Assembly: GCA_032249095.1 (NCBI GenBank)
Contig: JAVVGN010000032.1
Coordinates: 1-20,757, forward strand
DNA: 20,757 nucleotides
Direction: 5' to 3'
Source: Candidatus Caldarchaeales archaeon
GTDB lineage: Archaea; Thermoproteota; Nitrososphaeria_A; Caldarchaeales; Calditenuaceae
Under the pieces are notes generated by a model. That model was not told the origin of the DNA and ran no database searches. It saw only the letters and a list, made by a program, of their open reading frames with translations. Within the stretch, counting starts at the first letter, position 1. The number at the start of each line of letters is the position of its first letter. Both the position numbers and the translations under genes were made by a program. Positions 1-8,259 of this stretch are shown one piece after another.

Positions 1-33
1 GCCAAAAGGTAGCGAAGAGAGACGAAAGAGCCC

Positions 34-53
34 AGGAATTAAGCCACAAGGCA
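34..53. repeat. 20-nt sequence AGGAATTAAGCCACAAGGCA with an inverted partner at 20628-20647
   Basis: The reverse complement of 20628-20647 reads AGGAATTAGGCCACAAGGCA, 19/20 identical by direct comparison. The flanks do not align. Confidence 0.6.
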
Positions 54-143
54 CCACCATCCAAAGACATATAAGACCTCAAAGGGGCTAATACTTCCAA
101 GAGAAATCTACTAAACATTATCAAGAATTAAAGGCTTAGAGAA

Positions 144-252
144 GGTAGTGTCCAAATAACGGGTTTATATAGCTGAGGTCCTCCTGAAACAACCTCGCGA
201 GTAGAAATAGACGCCCCAAGACAGTATTTAAAGCCTTATTTGGACACTATCC
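144..252. mobile_element. MITE-like non-coding element, copy A (109 bp with terminal inverted repeats)
   Basis: Ends are GGTAGTGTCCAAATAA ... TTATTTGGACACTATCC, with an exact CTCGCGAG palindrome at the centre and no ORF. It is the reverse complement of 12779-12886 with 4 substitutions and 1 indel by hand alignment. Confidence 0.6.
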
Positions 253-257
253 TCCTA

Positions 258-1436
258 TCAGGTTTTTTGAGGCACGTTCCAAGAGACGAGCTCCTCTCTT
301 GTATCTTTCAGCATGTTCCCGGTAGCTATGCAGATCACTCTGTCGTCTTGTCCCAGCTTACCATCCTCGACCAGCTTCCTGACGGCGGCTATGGGTGCTG
401 AGCCCGCGGGCTCCGTGGCGATTCCCTCGACAGACGCTAGCAGTCTGAGGGCTGAGAGTATCTCTTCGTCGCTTACGCGGACCGCTGTGCCTCCAGACTC
501 CCTGATTGCTCTGACGCCCTTCTTCCAGTTTATTGGCCTCCCGATCCTTATGGCGGTAGCTATGGTCTCGGGGTTACTCCATTGAGGGAGATAGTCTAGC
601 TGCCTCGACACGGCCTCAACTATTGGGGAGGCTCCCTCGGCCTGAACCCCGATCAGTCTCGGAGCCTCAGATATCAGGCCGTTCTCTAGAAGCTCTTTGA
701 AGCCCTTCCAGTAAGCCGCGATGTTGCCGGAGTTGCCCACCGGCAGGACCACGAAGTAGTCTGTTCTCCCGCCCGTCTGCTCCCAGAGCTCGAAGGCCGC
801 CGTCTTCTGCCCCTCTATCCTCCAAGGATTGACCGAGTTTAGGATGTACGCTTGGGTGCCCGCAGTCTCTAGCACCATCTTGAGGGCCTCGTCGAAGCTT
901 CCCCTGACTTGGTATATCTCGGCGCCGAACATTCGTGCCTGAAAGAGTTTCCCGAGCGCTATCTTCCCCTCCGGTATGTAGACGGAGCACTTGAGGCCAG
1001 CTCTCGATGCGTAGGCTGCGAGCGAGGCTGATGTGTTTCCAGTCGAGGCGCAGACAACCTGCCTGGACCCCAGCGTCTTAGCCATGGAGACGCCGACACT
1101 CATCCCCCTATCCTTAAAGCTCCCCGTAGGATTCAGGCCCTCCATCTTTACGTAAAGCTCCCTCACACCCAGTATCTTGGCAAGCCTCTCCGCCTTCACA
1201 AGCCTAGTGTATCCCTCCTCCAACGTCACTACCTCCCTAAAGAAGCCCGGGAGAAGCTCCCTATACCTCCACATGCTCTGGACCCTGCCGGGGAGACTCA
1301 ACAGGCTGAAAACTCGCCCGGGCTCTATCCTGCACTCGAGGAGGTCTCCGCAGCGTGAGCACCTATAGATGATCTGGCTGTAGGGGTACTCCTCGCCGCA
1401 CGATATACAGACCAGCTTGTAGCTCTGTTGGTCCAA
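258..1436 (-). CDS. thrC: threonine synthase
   Basis: 392-aa ORF with the PLP-lysine motif GSFKDRG, GNTSASLAAYA and VGNSGNI segments, and an N-terminal CxxC...CxxC zinc ribbon. Confidence 0.92.
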   Translation of the reverse strand: MDQQSYKLVCISCGEEYPYSQIIYRCSRCGDLLECRIEPGRVFSLLSLPGRVQSMWRYRELLPGFFREVVTLEEGYTRLVKAERLAKILGVRELYVKMEGLNPTGSFKDRGMSVGVSMAKTLGSRQVVCASTGNTSASLAAYASRAGLKCSVYIPEGKIALGKLFQARMFGAEIYQVRGSFDEALKMVLETAGTQAYILNSVNPWRIEGQKTAAFELWEQTGGRTDYFVVLPVGNSGNIAAYWKGFKELLENGLISEAPRLIGVQAEGASPIVEAVSRQLDYLPQWSNPETIATAIRIGRPINWKKGVRAIRESGGTAVRVSDEEILSALRLLASVEGIATEPAGSAPIAAVRKLVEDGKLGQDDRVICIATGNMLKDTREELVSWNVPQKT

Positions 1437-1449
1437 CAGTCTCAGCCCT

Positions 1450-1644
1450 TTATGAAAGCAGCGCGAGTATGCTCGAGACTATCAGCGTGGCCGTGATAAA
1501 GATTGTCACGTGTGGGAAGACGGTCTGTGTGGATAGATCGAGCGTCAGGAGCGACTGCACCATCTGCGCGGAGTAGTAGAGCAGCGCCGCCCCGAGAGCC
1601 TTGACGGCGACGCGCAGAAGCGTTTCTGGCCTCAACCGCGCCAA
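1450..1644 (-). CDS. possible small membrane protein (64 aa, two hydrophobic segments)
   Basis: ORF with a TTG start, two TM-like stretches and GC-rich third codon positions. No recognisable family, and it could be spurious. Confidence 0.3.
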   Translation of the reverse strand: MARLRPETLLRVAVKALGAALLYYSAQMVQSLLTLDLSTQTVFPHVTIFITATLIVSSILALLS

Positions 1645-1779
1645 GTCCCGACCCCATATATGGCTCGCCCCGAGGGGGATTTAAGCCTACGTGCCCATCG
1701 GTACCGATGGAGCAGCGCCTCAGGAGACCTATATACAGGCCCCAAGCATGATCAGGTTGGGCTCCACCCCCAAAGGGCA

Positions 1780-1854
1780 GGGCCCGTGGCCTAGCATGGA
1801 TAGGGCGCCGGCCTCCGGAGCCGGAGGTCCTGGGTTCAAGTCCCAGCGGGCCCG
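1780..1854 (+). tRNA. tRNA-Arg (anticodon CCG)
   Basis: Hand-folded cloverleaf: acceptor GGGCCCG/CGGGCCC, D-stem GCCT/GGGC, anticodon stem CCGGC/GCCGG with loop CTCCGGA, T-arm CTGGG-TTCAAGT-CCCAG. 75 nt, no intron, CCA not encoded. Confidence 0.9.
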
Positions 1855-1944
1855 AGTAACTTGGCACAAGCTCAGCGTCAGACTAGGGGTCATAAACGGG
1901 GCTATGTATCAACACACATAGTTACGGTAAAGAGATTAGGAAAA

Positions 1945-3339
1945 CTAGCTCTCCAAGATTTTCTTTGATATCTTGAATGTCCGTTCGGCAAGACGTGATA
2001 TCCTGCTGTTATTATATCCTAAAACATAACTTTCTACTGTATCGTTCAGAGGCTTGACCCATTTCTCGGGGAGATTTTTTGCGCCTAGCACCACGCCTAG
2101 GATTGAGCCGACTGTTGCACCATTACAGTCCGTATCTAAGCCGGCCATAACACTCGTCGTTATGCTTTTCTCATAATCATTCTTACCGTAGAGCAACCCC
2201 ATCGTAACCATGGCCGCGTTATTAATCGTGTGTACGAAGTGGTAATGCCCGTATTTCTCGGTTATTCGGCTCCAAGTATCCCTCCAATCAGCATACTCTT
2301 TGCTCCAACCCACAACATCCTTTACGGCTTCTGCAAGCCTAGACCTCTTTGGAATCACGGCTAAGCCAGTCTCAATAATCGTCTCGATGTCATCGGTCAC
2401 AAAGGCTTCGCTTATCATAGCGCTTACAAACATCTCCCCGTATATCCCGTTCTTGACATGTGAGAGGCTTGCATCCCTGTACGCTAGCTCAGCAGCCAGC
2501 TCCGGGTTCCCCGGAGCCACGTATCCCCACATATCAGCCCTGATCTGCGCGCCAATCCACTCTCTGTAAGGGTTCATGTGGGTTGCCGTCTCAGGAGGCC
2601 CTAAGCCGTTCACAAGGTTTCTGTAGGCTGCGCGCTCAGCAGTATAAACCCGGAGATATGGGAGTAAGCTGATCCAGGCCTCTCCAACACTCATAGTGGT
2701 GAAGCCTAGGCCGTAATTCTCTAGGATGTGTAGATTAACTATTGTATAGTCTATGTCGTCGTCGCGAGCCATGCAGCTTATCTGGCCGCGTAAGACTCCT
2801 ATACCAGTCCTCTTAAAATGCTCATCTATATGGCGGATTCTATCCCTCAGCCATCCTGGGGCATCTTCAGGGAGATCGCGAAATGGTGAAAAATAGTCTT
2901 CTAGGGGGTAGGAGTCAGCGGTCTTCAGCCAAACCTCGATCTGCTCCCTACTAAGCCCCTCGACAGGCTTCCCAAGCAAGCAGCCAGCGCAACGCCCAAG
3001 CCAACCACCATAAATCTTATCAAACAACTCTTCATCAGAGATCCTAACGCTCACTTTTTGGAGCCTCCGTGGGCGCTGAAGAACTATCTCAGAAAAGCTC
3101 GAAGGCTCCCTATATGGAAAATCACGCCTAAACGGACATCTTTCTAAAGCTTCAACGAAGCTCCTCAAATCGGCCATCGTCCTAATCTCAATCTTCGAGA
3201 ATTTTTCCTCGACTTCCTCGACACAATAACCCTCCTCTTTCCTTTCTACTAGCTCATCTCGCGCCATCTGTCTAAGGTCTTCGGGCCGGAAACAGAACAC
3301 CCACCCCGCGGGATAGAGTCGCAACAAATTATTTAACAA
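1945..3339 (-). CDS. ADP-ribosylglycohydrolase family protein with a ~100-aa N-terminal extension
   Basis: 464-aa ORF with the Asp-rich motifs DDDIDYT and GLDTDCNGATVGSILG typical of the ARH/DraG fold, plus a YGGWLGRCAGCLLGKPVEG segment. The start is uncertain (TTG 3339, GTG 3300 or ATG 3267). The gene is visibly AT-richer than its neighbours. Confidence 0.85.
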   Translation of the reverse strand: MLNNLLRLYPAGWVFCFRPEDLRQMARDELVERKEEGYCVEEVEEKFSKIEIRTMADLRSFVEALERCPFRRDFPYREPSSFSEIVLQRPRRLQKVSVRISDEELFDKIYGGWLGRCAGCLLGKPVEGLSREQIEVWLKTADSYPLEDYFSPFRDLPEDAPGWLRDRIRHIDEHFKRTGIGVLRGQISCMARDDDIDYTIVNLHILENYGLGFTTMSVGEAWISLLPYLRVYTAERAAYRNLVNGLGPPETATHMNPYREWIGAQIRADMWGYVAPGNPELAAELAYRDASLSHVKNGIYGEMFVSAMISEAFVTDDIETIIETGLAVIPKRSRLAEAVKDVVGWSKEYADWRDTWSRITEKYGHYHFVHTINNAAMVTMGLLYGKNDYEKSITTSVMAGLDTDCNGATVGSILGVVLGAKNLPEKWVKPLNDTVESYVLGYNNSRISRLAERTFKISKKILES

Positions 3340-3473
3340 TTGTTATAACATGCGATGATTCCACCGGACTCACCCCAAAATTGGTTATTTTGCGGTGCGA
3401 ATTTTTTGGTAGGCTTGGGCGCAATATAACCTCCTAGAACTTTCGCTCCTCTCGGGACGCTCGCCGCTCCATG

Positions 3474-4202
3474 CTACTTGAAGGTTTTGGCTAAATCTTC
3501 AAACGTCGCGACCTCTATCCCCAATCCGTAGACTTCCCTTATGAACTGCTCAAGCTTGGACTGGGTGACCCAGAAGAATGTGTCGTACGGGGTGGGGAGC
3601 TCGCTGACGTTTTCTACTACCCCGTGGATCATGGCGATCGCCCACTTATCGTCCTCCCTAGCCCTCCTCACCATGGCTAGGCATCTCTCGACTGGGTCCT
3701 GACGCCCCTCTGTCCTCGCATATGGATCCTCGTATAGCCTGCAGACCCTCAGCTCGGCCGAGCTCTCCACTAACTCGTTCAGACCCTCGTCGGTCGTCCG
3801 TGAGTACCTGTAGATCCTAGAGGCGATGTTTTTCACGGCATCGTTATAGAGTCCGAAGGGGTATGCGAGGCTGAGGGGCCTAAATCCGTGTCTGGTCAGC
3901 CAGTCCTTGCTGGACTCCAACTCCCTCTCAACGGAGTCCGGCGCAAGTATGTTTAGCCGCGGATGCGAATATGTATGTGACCCTACCTCCCACCCTTTGC
4001 TCACCAGCTCCCGGAGATGAGAGAGGCCCATAAGGTCGCGCCCCTCCCACAAGCCCCCAACTAGACCCGTAATCACGTAGACTACGCCCCGATATCCATA
4101 CCGCTCGAGGATCGGGTAGGCCATCTCGTACTGGTTCAGGTATCCATCGTCGAAGGTAAGGGTAAGAATCCCCCGCCCACTCATCCAAGGGTATAATGTC
4201 AT
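3474..4202 (-). CDS. polysaccharide deacetylase (NodB-homology domain) protein
   Basis: 242-aa ORF with the NodB motifs LTFDDGY and HTYSHP. No signal peptide is evident. Confidence 0.85.
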   Translation of the reverse strand: MTLYPWMSGRGILTLTFDDGYLNQYEMAYPILERYGYRGVVYVITGLVGGLWEGRDLMGLSHLRELVSKGWEVGSHTYSHPRLNILAPDSVERELESSKDWLTRHGFRPLSLAYPFGLYNDAVKNIASRIYRYSRTTDEGLNELVESSAELRVCRLYEDPYARTEGRQDPVERCLAMVRRAREDDKWAIAMIHGVVENVSELPTPYDTFFWVTQSKLEQFIREVYGLGIEVATFEDLAKTFK

Positions 4203-4230
4203 CAGTTACGAGATTAAAACTATAGAGCTG

Positions 4231-4635
4231 GTGGTGATTGATTCGGGGATAGAGGTGGTGGGGAGGGTGATGGCTTATCTGTGGATGAGGCTTAGGGATT
4301 CGGAGCTAGGGAGGTATGAGGGATATTACGTGGTCTTCAGGGACTATGGGGCAGACGAGGGCGTGCGACACTACAAGTCTTTCCTAATCATGCAGAGATT
4401 CGTCGCCGAGGCGTGGCGAGAGCTATCCGAGAGGTTCCTAGAGGTCTTTAGATACCCTGTGGATAGGGTTCTGAACATCACTCAGACACCTGACGGAATC
4501 ATTATTGTGCAGAACGAGTGGGATGGAAGGCTGAGGACATGGATGATACCCTCCATTGAGACGCTTAGGTGTCTGATATACGAGGCCACTGCTGGAGAAA
4601 CGCCGCCGAGAATCTACCACCGTTCAACTCTATAG
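4231..4635 (+). CDS. hypothetical protein (134 aa)
   Basis: Uninterrupted ORF with no recognisable motif and an ambiguous start (GTG 4231 ... ATG 4270). Confidence 0.45.
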   Translation: MVIDSGIEVVGRVMAYLWMRLRDSELGRYEGYYVVFRDYGADEGVRHYKSFLIMQRFVAEAWRELSERFLEVFRYPVDRVLNITQTPDGIIIVQNEWDGRLRTWMIPSIETLRCLIYEATAGETPPRIYHRSTL

Positions 4636-4671
4636 TCCTAGAGAGGGAGCAGGTAGAGAGGTTCAACATAG

Positions 4672-5605
4672 TTGCGAGGCCATACGAGTCAAGGTGGATG
4701 GGTGTTGAGTAGGTGCCTGCCACGTGAACTCCGAATAAAGTTGTATGATGATGCTGTTGCCCTTCGGAGAGGCGGGCTGACATATAAAGGGATTATCGAG
4801 GAGATCTATCGAAGATACGGAGTCAGACTATCCAAGTCTCACATAAGCTACTGGATACGCGGAGCGCATGACCCATACAACGGAAGAAGGATTACCCTCG
4901 CTAGAACTGTTGAAGCCCTCTGAGGAGTTGGCGTACGTGATAGGCGCGAAGGTTGGCGATGGATATGTTAGCAAGAAAAGCCGCGTCCGCAAATGCTACA
5001 ACGACGCCATGATAGGTCTCAAGGCTAAAGATAAGGAGTTCGTTGAGGAGTTTGCTAGATGTCTCGCAAAGGTTCTGGGCAGGAGAGAAATAAGGCCGGG
5101 GTATAGGAGATCTTCAGGAAGGTATGTCGTTGAAGTTGGGTCGAAGACGCTCTACGAGCTACTCAGAAAACCAGTAGACCTCGAGAGGCTGAAGAAATAC
5201 ATTGAGCACTGTGAAAGATGCATAGCAGCATTCCTCAGGGGATTCGCAGACTTAGAAGGAAGCGTCAACAAACGTGGTTACATATGTATCTATAACACCG
5301 ACCAGAGACTACTCATATATGTTAAGGAGCTTCTTAGGAGACTTGGCATAGAGTCAACGGGGCCAATGCTCAACCAACGAGGAACTATAATCAATGATCC
5401 TAGGATGGGTAAGAAATACACGCATAACAAGGATTGTCATCGCCTACATATACGGGCCAGCAGTAATATGAGCTTCTATAGATACGTAGGCTTCACAATT
5501 ACTAGGAAGCAGATACGGCTAGAAAGCTACGTCAAGAGAACCACTAGAAAACCTACCCCTCCCCCAACCATTTCCCCCACTCAACATCCTCAAAATAATA
5601 ACTAA
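4672..5605 (+). pseudogene. free-standing HTH + double-motif LAGLIDADG homing-endonuclease-like gene, split by a +1 frameshift near 4880-4895
   Basis: The frame-1 ORF (4672-4923) encodes an HTH-like N-terminus (LTYKGIIEEIYRRYGVRLSKSHISYWIRG). The frame-2 ORF (4868-5605) carries two LAGLIDADG motifs (ELAYVIGAKVGDGYV and AAFLRGFADLEGSV). The two ORFs overlap by 56 nt and together have the usual HTH-LAGLIDADG architecture. Confidence 0.7.
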
Positions 5606-5608
5606 TAT

Positions 5609-5684
5609 TGGGGCCGGCCGGATTTGAACCGGCGACCTCCCGGGCCCAAGCCGGGCATCTTAGGCCATGCTCGACCACGGCCCC
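5609..5684 (-). tRNA. tRNA-Pro (anticodon UGG)
   Basis: Reverse complement folds by hand: acceptor GGGGCCG/CGGCCCC, anticodon stem CCCGG/CCGGG with loop CTTGGGC (G37), T-arm GCCGG-TTCAAAT-CCGGC, discriminator A. 76 nt, no intron. Confidence 0.9.
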
Positions 5685-5739
5685 CGGCGCTAGCTGTCGG
5701 TGCTCGAGAATAAATCCATTATACTTGTTATTGGGCCCG

Positions 5740-6987
5740 TCAGATGGTTCTTGAGAGGACTTGGAGGCCGGGCATGGGCTCCCCGGAGAGGTATGAGATT
5801 AGGGCTCCACCGCCTAGGCTCACGTAGGTGAAGTCGCTCGGCCTGAGCCCGAGCAGCTCTATAGCGGTTACCGAGTCCCCGCCGCCAATCAATGTCGATG
5901 CCCTAGCCTTTGCTAGAGCCATATACAGCTCCTGTGTCCCCTTCCTGAAGGCCGGCTTCTCATAGACACCCATTGGCCCCTTGACGATTATCGTGACCTC
6001 GCGGCCAAGTCTTCCGATGACTCCGCAGTACTCGCGAATCGTCGCGCCGCCTATGTCCTGGATTAGGCCTGGGCATGGGAGTCTGCTGAGGGGGATCTCT
6101 TCCCGCCCCCGCCCATCCGCCTCGTAGGCGAAGTCGCTGGGTATCCTGATGACTTCCCTAAGCGTGGCGTCGATCTCCGAGACTGTCTTGAGGAGGTCCA
6201 GATGCTTCTTCTGTGCGAGAAACTCTTCGCTAGGGGCGCCGAGACTATGTCCCCGCGTCTTGGCGAAGAGCTGGCCCACAACTCCGCCGGTCAGGACCTC
6301 TAGTATGGCGGACTTTCTCTCAACCGCAAACCTCCTGAGCACGTTGAGGCATTCCTTGGGCTTGTTGCCGCCCAGTATGAATACTATCTTGTCGGTGCGT
6401 GCCACCAGCCTGTTGAGGGCCTCGAGCTCCCTCTCCATTACTCTCCCCGCATAGGTCGGTAGAAGGGCTGCAAGCCCCACAACCGAGGCGTGGGACCTGT
6501 GGGCCACTGAGAAGGCGTCAAGCACGAAGATGTCCAGATGGGGTGCGAGCTTGGAGGGTAGGGTGCTCTTGGCATGCTCCTCGGGCGGCTTCTCTAAATC
6601 CTCGTCCTCCAGCTTCCTAACGTTGTCGAGCAATATCGCCTCACCCCTCTGGAGCCCCTTTATCGCCCTAACGGCCTCCTCTCCGGCAACGTCGGGGATG
6701 AAGCGTATTTCTCGCTCCGCTAGTTGAGAGAGAATCTCTGCGTGCTGGCTCAGGTCCGTGAAGTCGGGGTCGCCCCGTCTCCCCTGGTGAGCTAGGAGCA
6801 CGATCCTCGCGCCCCTCGACATAAGCTCGCGGATTGTGATGACATGGGCTCGGAATCGCTCGTTCGGCTGCACCCTCCCTGTCTGGGGGTCTATCGAGGC
6901 GTTGAGGTCTATTCGGACCGCGACGCGTCTCCCCGCAGGATCAACCTGATCGAGCGACCGGTACCTGACCTCACCTACGACGGCCAC
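5740..6987 (-). CDS. pgk: phosphoglycerate kinase
   Basis: 415-aa ORF with an N-terminal RIDLNASIDP substrate-binding segment and a C-terminal LIGGGDSVTA motif. Its start overlaps the end of gap by 17 nt, indicating an operon. Confidence 0.92.
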   Translation of the reverse strand: MAVVGEVRYRSLDQVDPAGRRVAVRIDLNASIDPQTGRVQPNERFRAHVITIRELMSRGARIVLLAHQGRRGDPDFTDLSQHAEILSQLAEREIRFIPDVAGEEAVRAIKGLQRGEAILLDNVRKLEDEDLEKPPEEHAKSTLPSKLAPHLDIFVLDAFSVAHRSHASVVGLAALLPTYAGRVMERELEALNRLVARTDKIVFILGGNKPKECLNVLRRFAVERKSAILEVLTGGVVGQLFAKTRGHSLGAPSEEFLAQKKHLDLLKTVSEIDATLREVIRIPSDFAYEADGRGREEIPLSRLPCPGLIQDIGGATIREYCGVIGRLGREVTIIVKGPMGVYEKPAFRKGTQELYMALAKARASTLIGGGDSVTAIELLGLRPSDFTYVSLGGGALISYLSGEPMPGLQVLSRTI

Positions 6988-8005
6988 GCCCCGACACCAT
7001 CAGTACCAGGTCGACTAGCCTGCAGCTGTAGCCCCATTCGTTGTCGTACCATCCGAAGACCTTCACGAAGTCATTCTTCTCGCCTAGGACGAGGGTCTGG
7101 GTCGCGTCGAATACGCAGGAGTGGGGGTTGCCGATTATGTCTGAGGAGACTATCGGGTCGTCTGTGAACTCGATGATGCCTTTAAACCTCCCCATCGCCT
7201 CCTCCCTAAATACTTGGTTCACCTCCTCCACGCTGACTTGCCTCTCAAGGAGCGCCGACAGGTCCGTGAGCGACCCATTCGCGACCGGCACCCTCATCGC
7301 TATGCCGTGAAGCTTCCCCTTAACCTCAGGTATAACTTGGTGTAGAGCCGAGGCAGCACCCGTCGTGGTCGGGATTATCGAGAGGGAGGCTGCCCTAGCC
7401 CTGCGGAGATCCTTGTGGTAGAGGTCGAGGAGCCGCTGGTCGTTGGTGTACGCGTGTATGGTCGTCATGTAGCCCTTGAGGAGCCCGAAGTTGTCTAGAA
7501 GCACCTTCACCATCGGGGCAAGGCAATTCGTGGTGCAGGAGGCTCCAGAGACCACCGTGTGCTTAGAGAGGTCAAGCATGCCGTCGTTAACGCCGGGGAC
7601 GATGGTTACGTCAGCGTCTTTGGAGGGGGCCGAGATGATGACCCTCTTTACGCCGTGTTGCATGTGCTTAGCAGCATCAGACCTCTTCGTGAAGAGTCCC
7701 GTCGACTCCACAACAACCTCCACGCCAGCCCTGTCCCAAGGAATCTGGGCGGGATCAGCGACGCTGAAGTACATGAACTCCTTCCCATCAATAGTGATTG
7801 TGGACTCGGAGGCCTTGACCTCGCCCTGCCACCTCCCATGAACCGAGTCATACTTTATCAGGTGCGCGGTGGTCTTCGGGTCCGCGATATCGTTGAAGGC
7901 GACAACCTCGAAGGCCTCGCCATAGAGCGGGTCTAGAAGGGCGGCCCTCAGGAAGAGTCTCCCGATCCGCCCCATCCCGTTTATACCAACTCTTACCGGG
8001 GCCAC
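6971..8005 (-). CDS. gap: glyceraldehyde-3-phosphate dehydrogenase, class I (bacterial/eukaryotic type)
   Basis: Motifs GINGMGRIGR (NAD-binding), SGASCTTNCLAP (class I active site) and WYDNEWGYS. The ORF track starts at GTG 8017. GTG 8005 is preferred because a TATA-like box on the minus strand ends about 24 nt upstream of it. Confidence 0.9.
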   Translation of the reverse strand: MAPVRVGINGMGRIGRLFLRAALLDPLYGEAFEVVAFNDIADPKTTAHLIKYDSVHGRWQGEVKASESTITIDGKEFMYFSVADPAQIPWDRAGVEVVVESTGLFTKRSDAAKHMQHGVKRVIISAPSKDADVTIVPGVNDGMLDLSKHTVVSGASCTTNCLAPMVKVLLDNFGLLKGYMTTIHAYTNDQRLLDLYHKDLRRARAASLSIIPTTTGAASALHQVIPEVKGKLHGIAMRVPVANGSLTDLSALLERQVSVEEVNQVFREEAMGRFKGIIEFTDDPIVSSDIIGNPHSCVFDATQTLVLGEKNDFVKVFGWYDNEWGYSCRLVDLVLMVSGRGRRR

Positions 8006-8026
8006 GGCAATACACACACGTGACCC

Positions 8027-8040
8027 TCGATATATCTATC
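8027..8040 (-). promoter_or_regulatory. TATA-like box for gap-pgk
   Basis: The minus strand reads AGATAGATATATCG and ends about 24 nt upstream of GTG 8005. Confidence 0.4.
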
Positions 8041-8218
8041 TAGGGCTCATCTTGCATAGATCTGACCACACATAAATGCGACTCAAGAGGCGGCCAAACC
8101 CGCGACATCCAATAGGCAGTTAATACAATCACTCTTTGTGCCGCCACATGTACTGGGATGTGATGTCTGTGATGAAAATTGTTGGTGGCTGTCCTATGGT
8201 ATTCGAGGACCCGTAGCC

Positions 8219-8226
8219 TTTATATA
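8219..8226 (+). promoter_or_regulatory. TATA-like box for cimA
   Basis: TTTATATA lies 18 nt upstream of ATG 8244 and 34 nt upstream of the first codon of the cimA reading frame (8260). Confidence 0.4.
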
Positions 8227-8259
8227 CGGCCGCTTATGGATCCATGACTGGGTGTCTGA

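Noticed and set aside
313-1368. ORFs 313-585 (+), 667-990 (-) and 1177-1368 (+) inside thrC
   Set aside because: They are antisense or off-frame relative to a well-supported thrC ORF. They have Ser/Pro/Arg-rich low-complexity translations and no motifs.
1442-1921. Tracked ORFs 1442-1867 (-) and 1691-1921 (+) of 141 and 76 aa
   Set aside because: Both run straight across the tRNA-Arg gene (1780-1854) and its promoter region. Their Arg/Gly/Pro/Ala-rich composition is typical of spurious frames in GC-rich DNA.
1855-5608. att-site duplications of tRNA-Arg or tRNA-Pro 3' halves delimiting an integrated element
   Set aside because: I found no partial tRNA repeat by eye in 1855-5608 or around 3340-3473 and 4203-4230. 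A computational repeat search is needed before an integration event can be claimed.
8033-8063. Short inverted repeat ATCTAT / ATAGAT in the gap-cimA intergenic region
   Set aside because: It has only 6 bp arms that do not extend, so it is expected by chance in an AT-rich promoter region.
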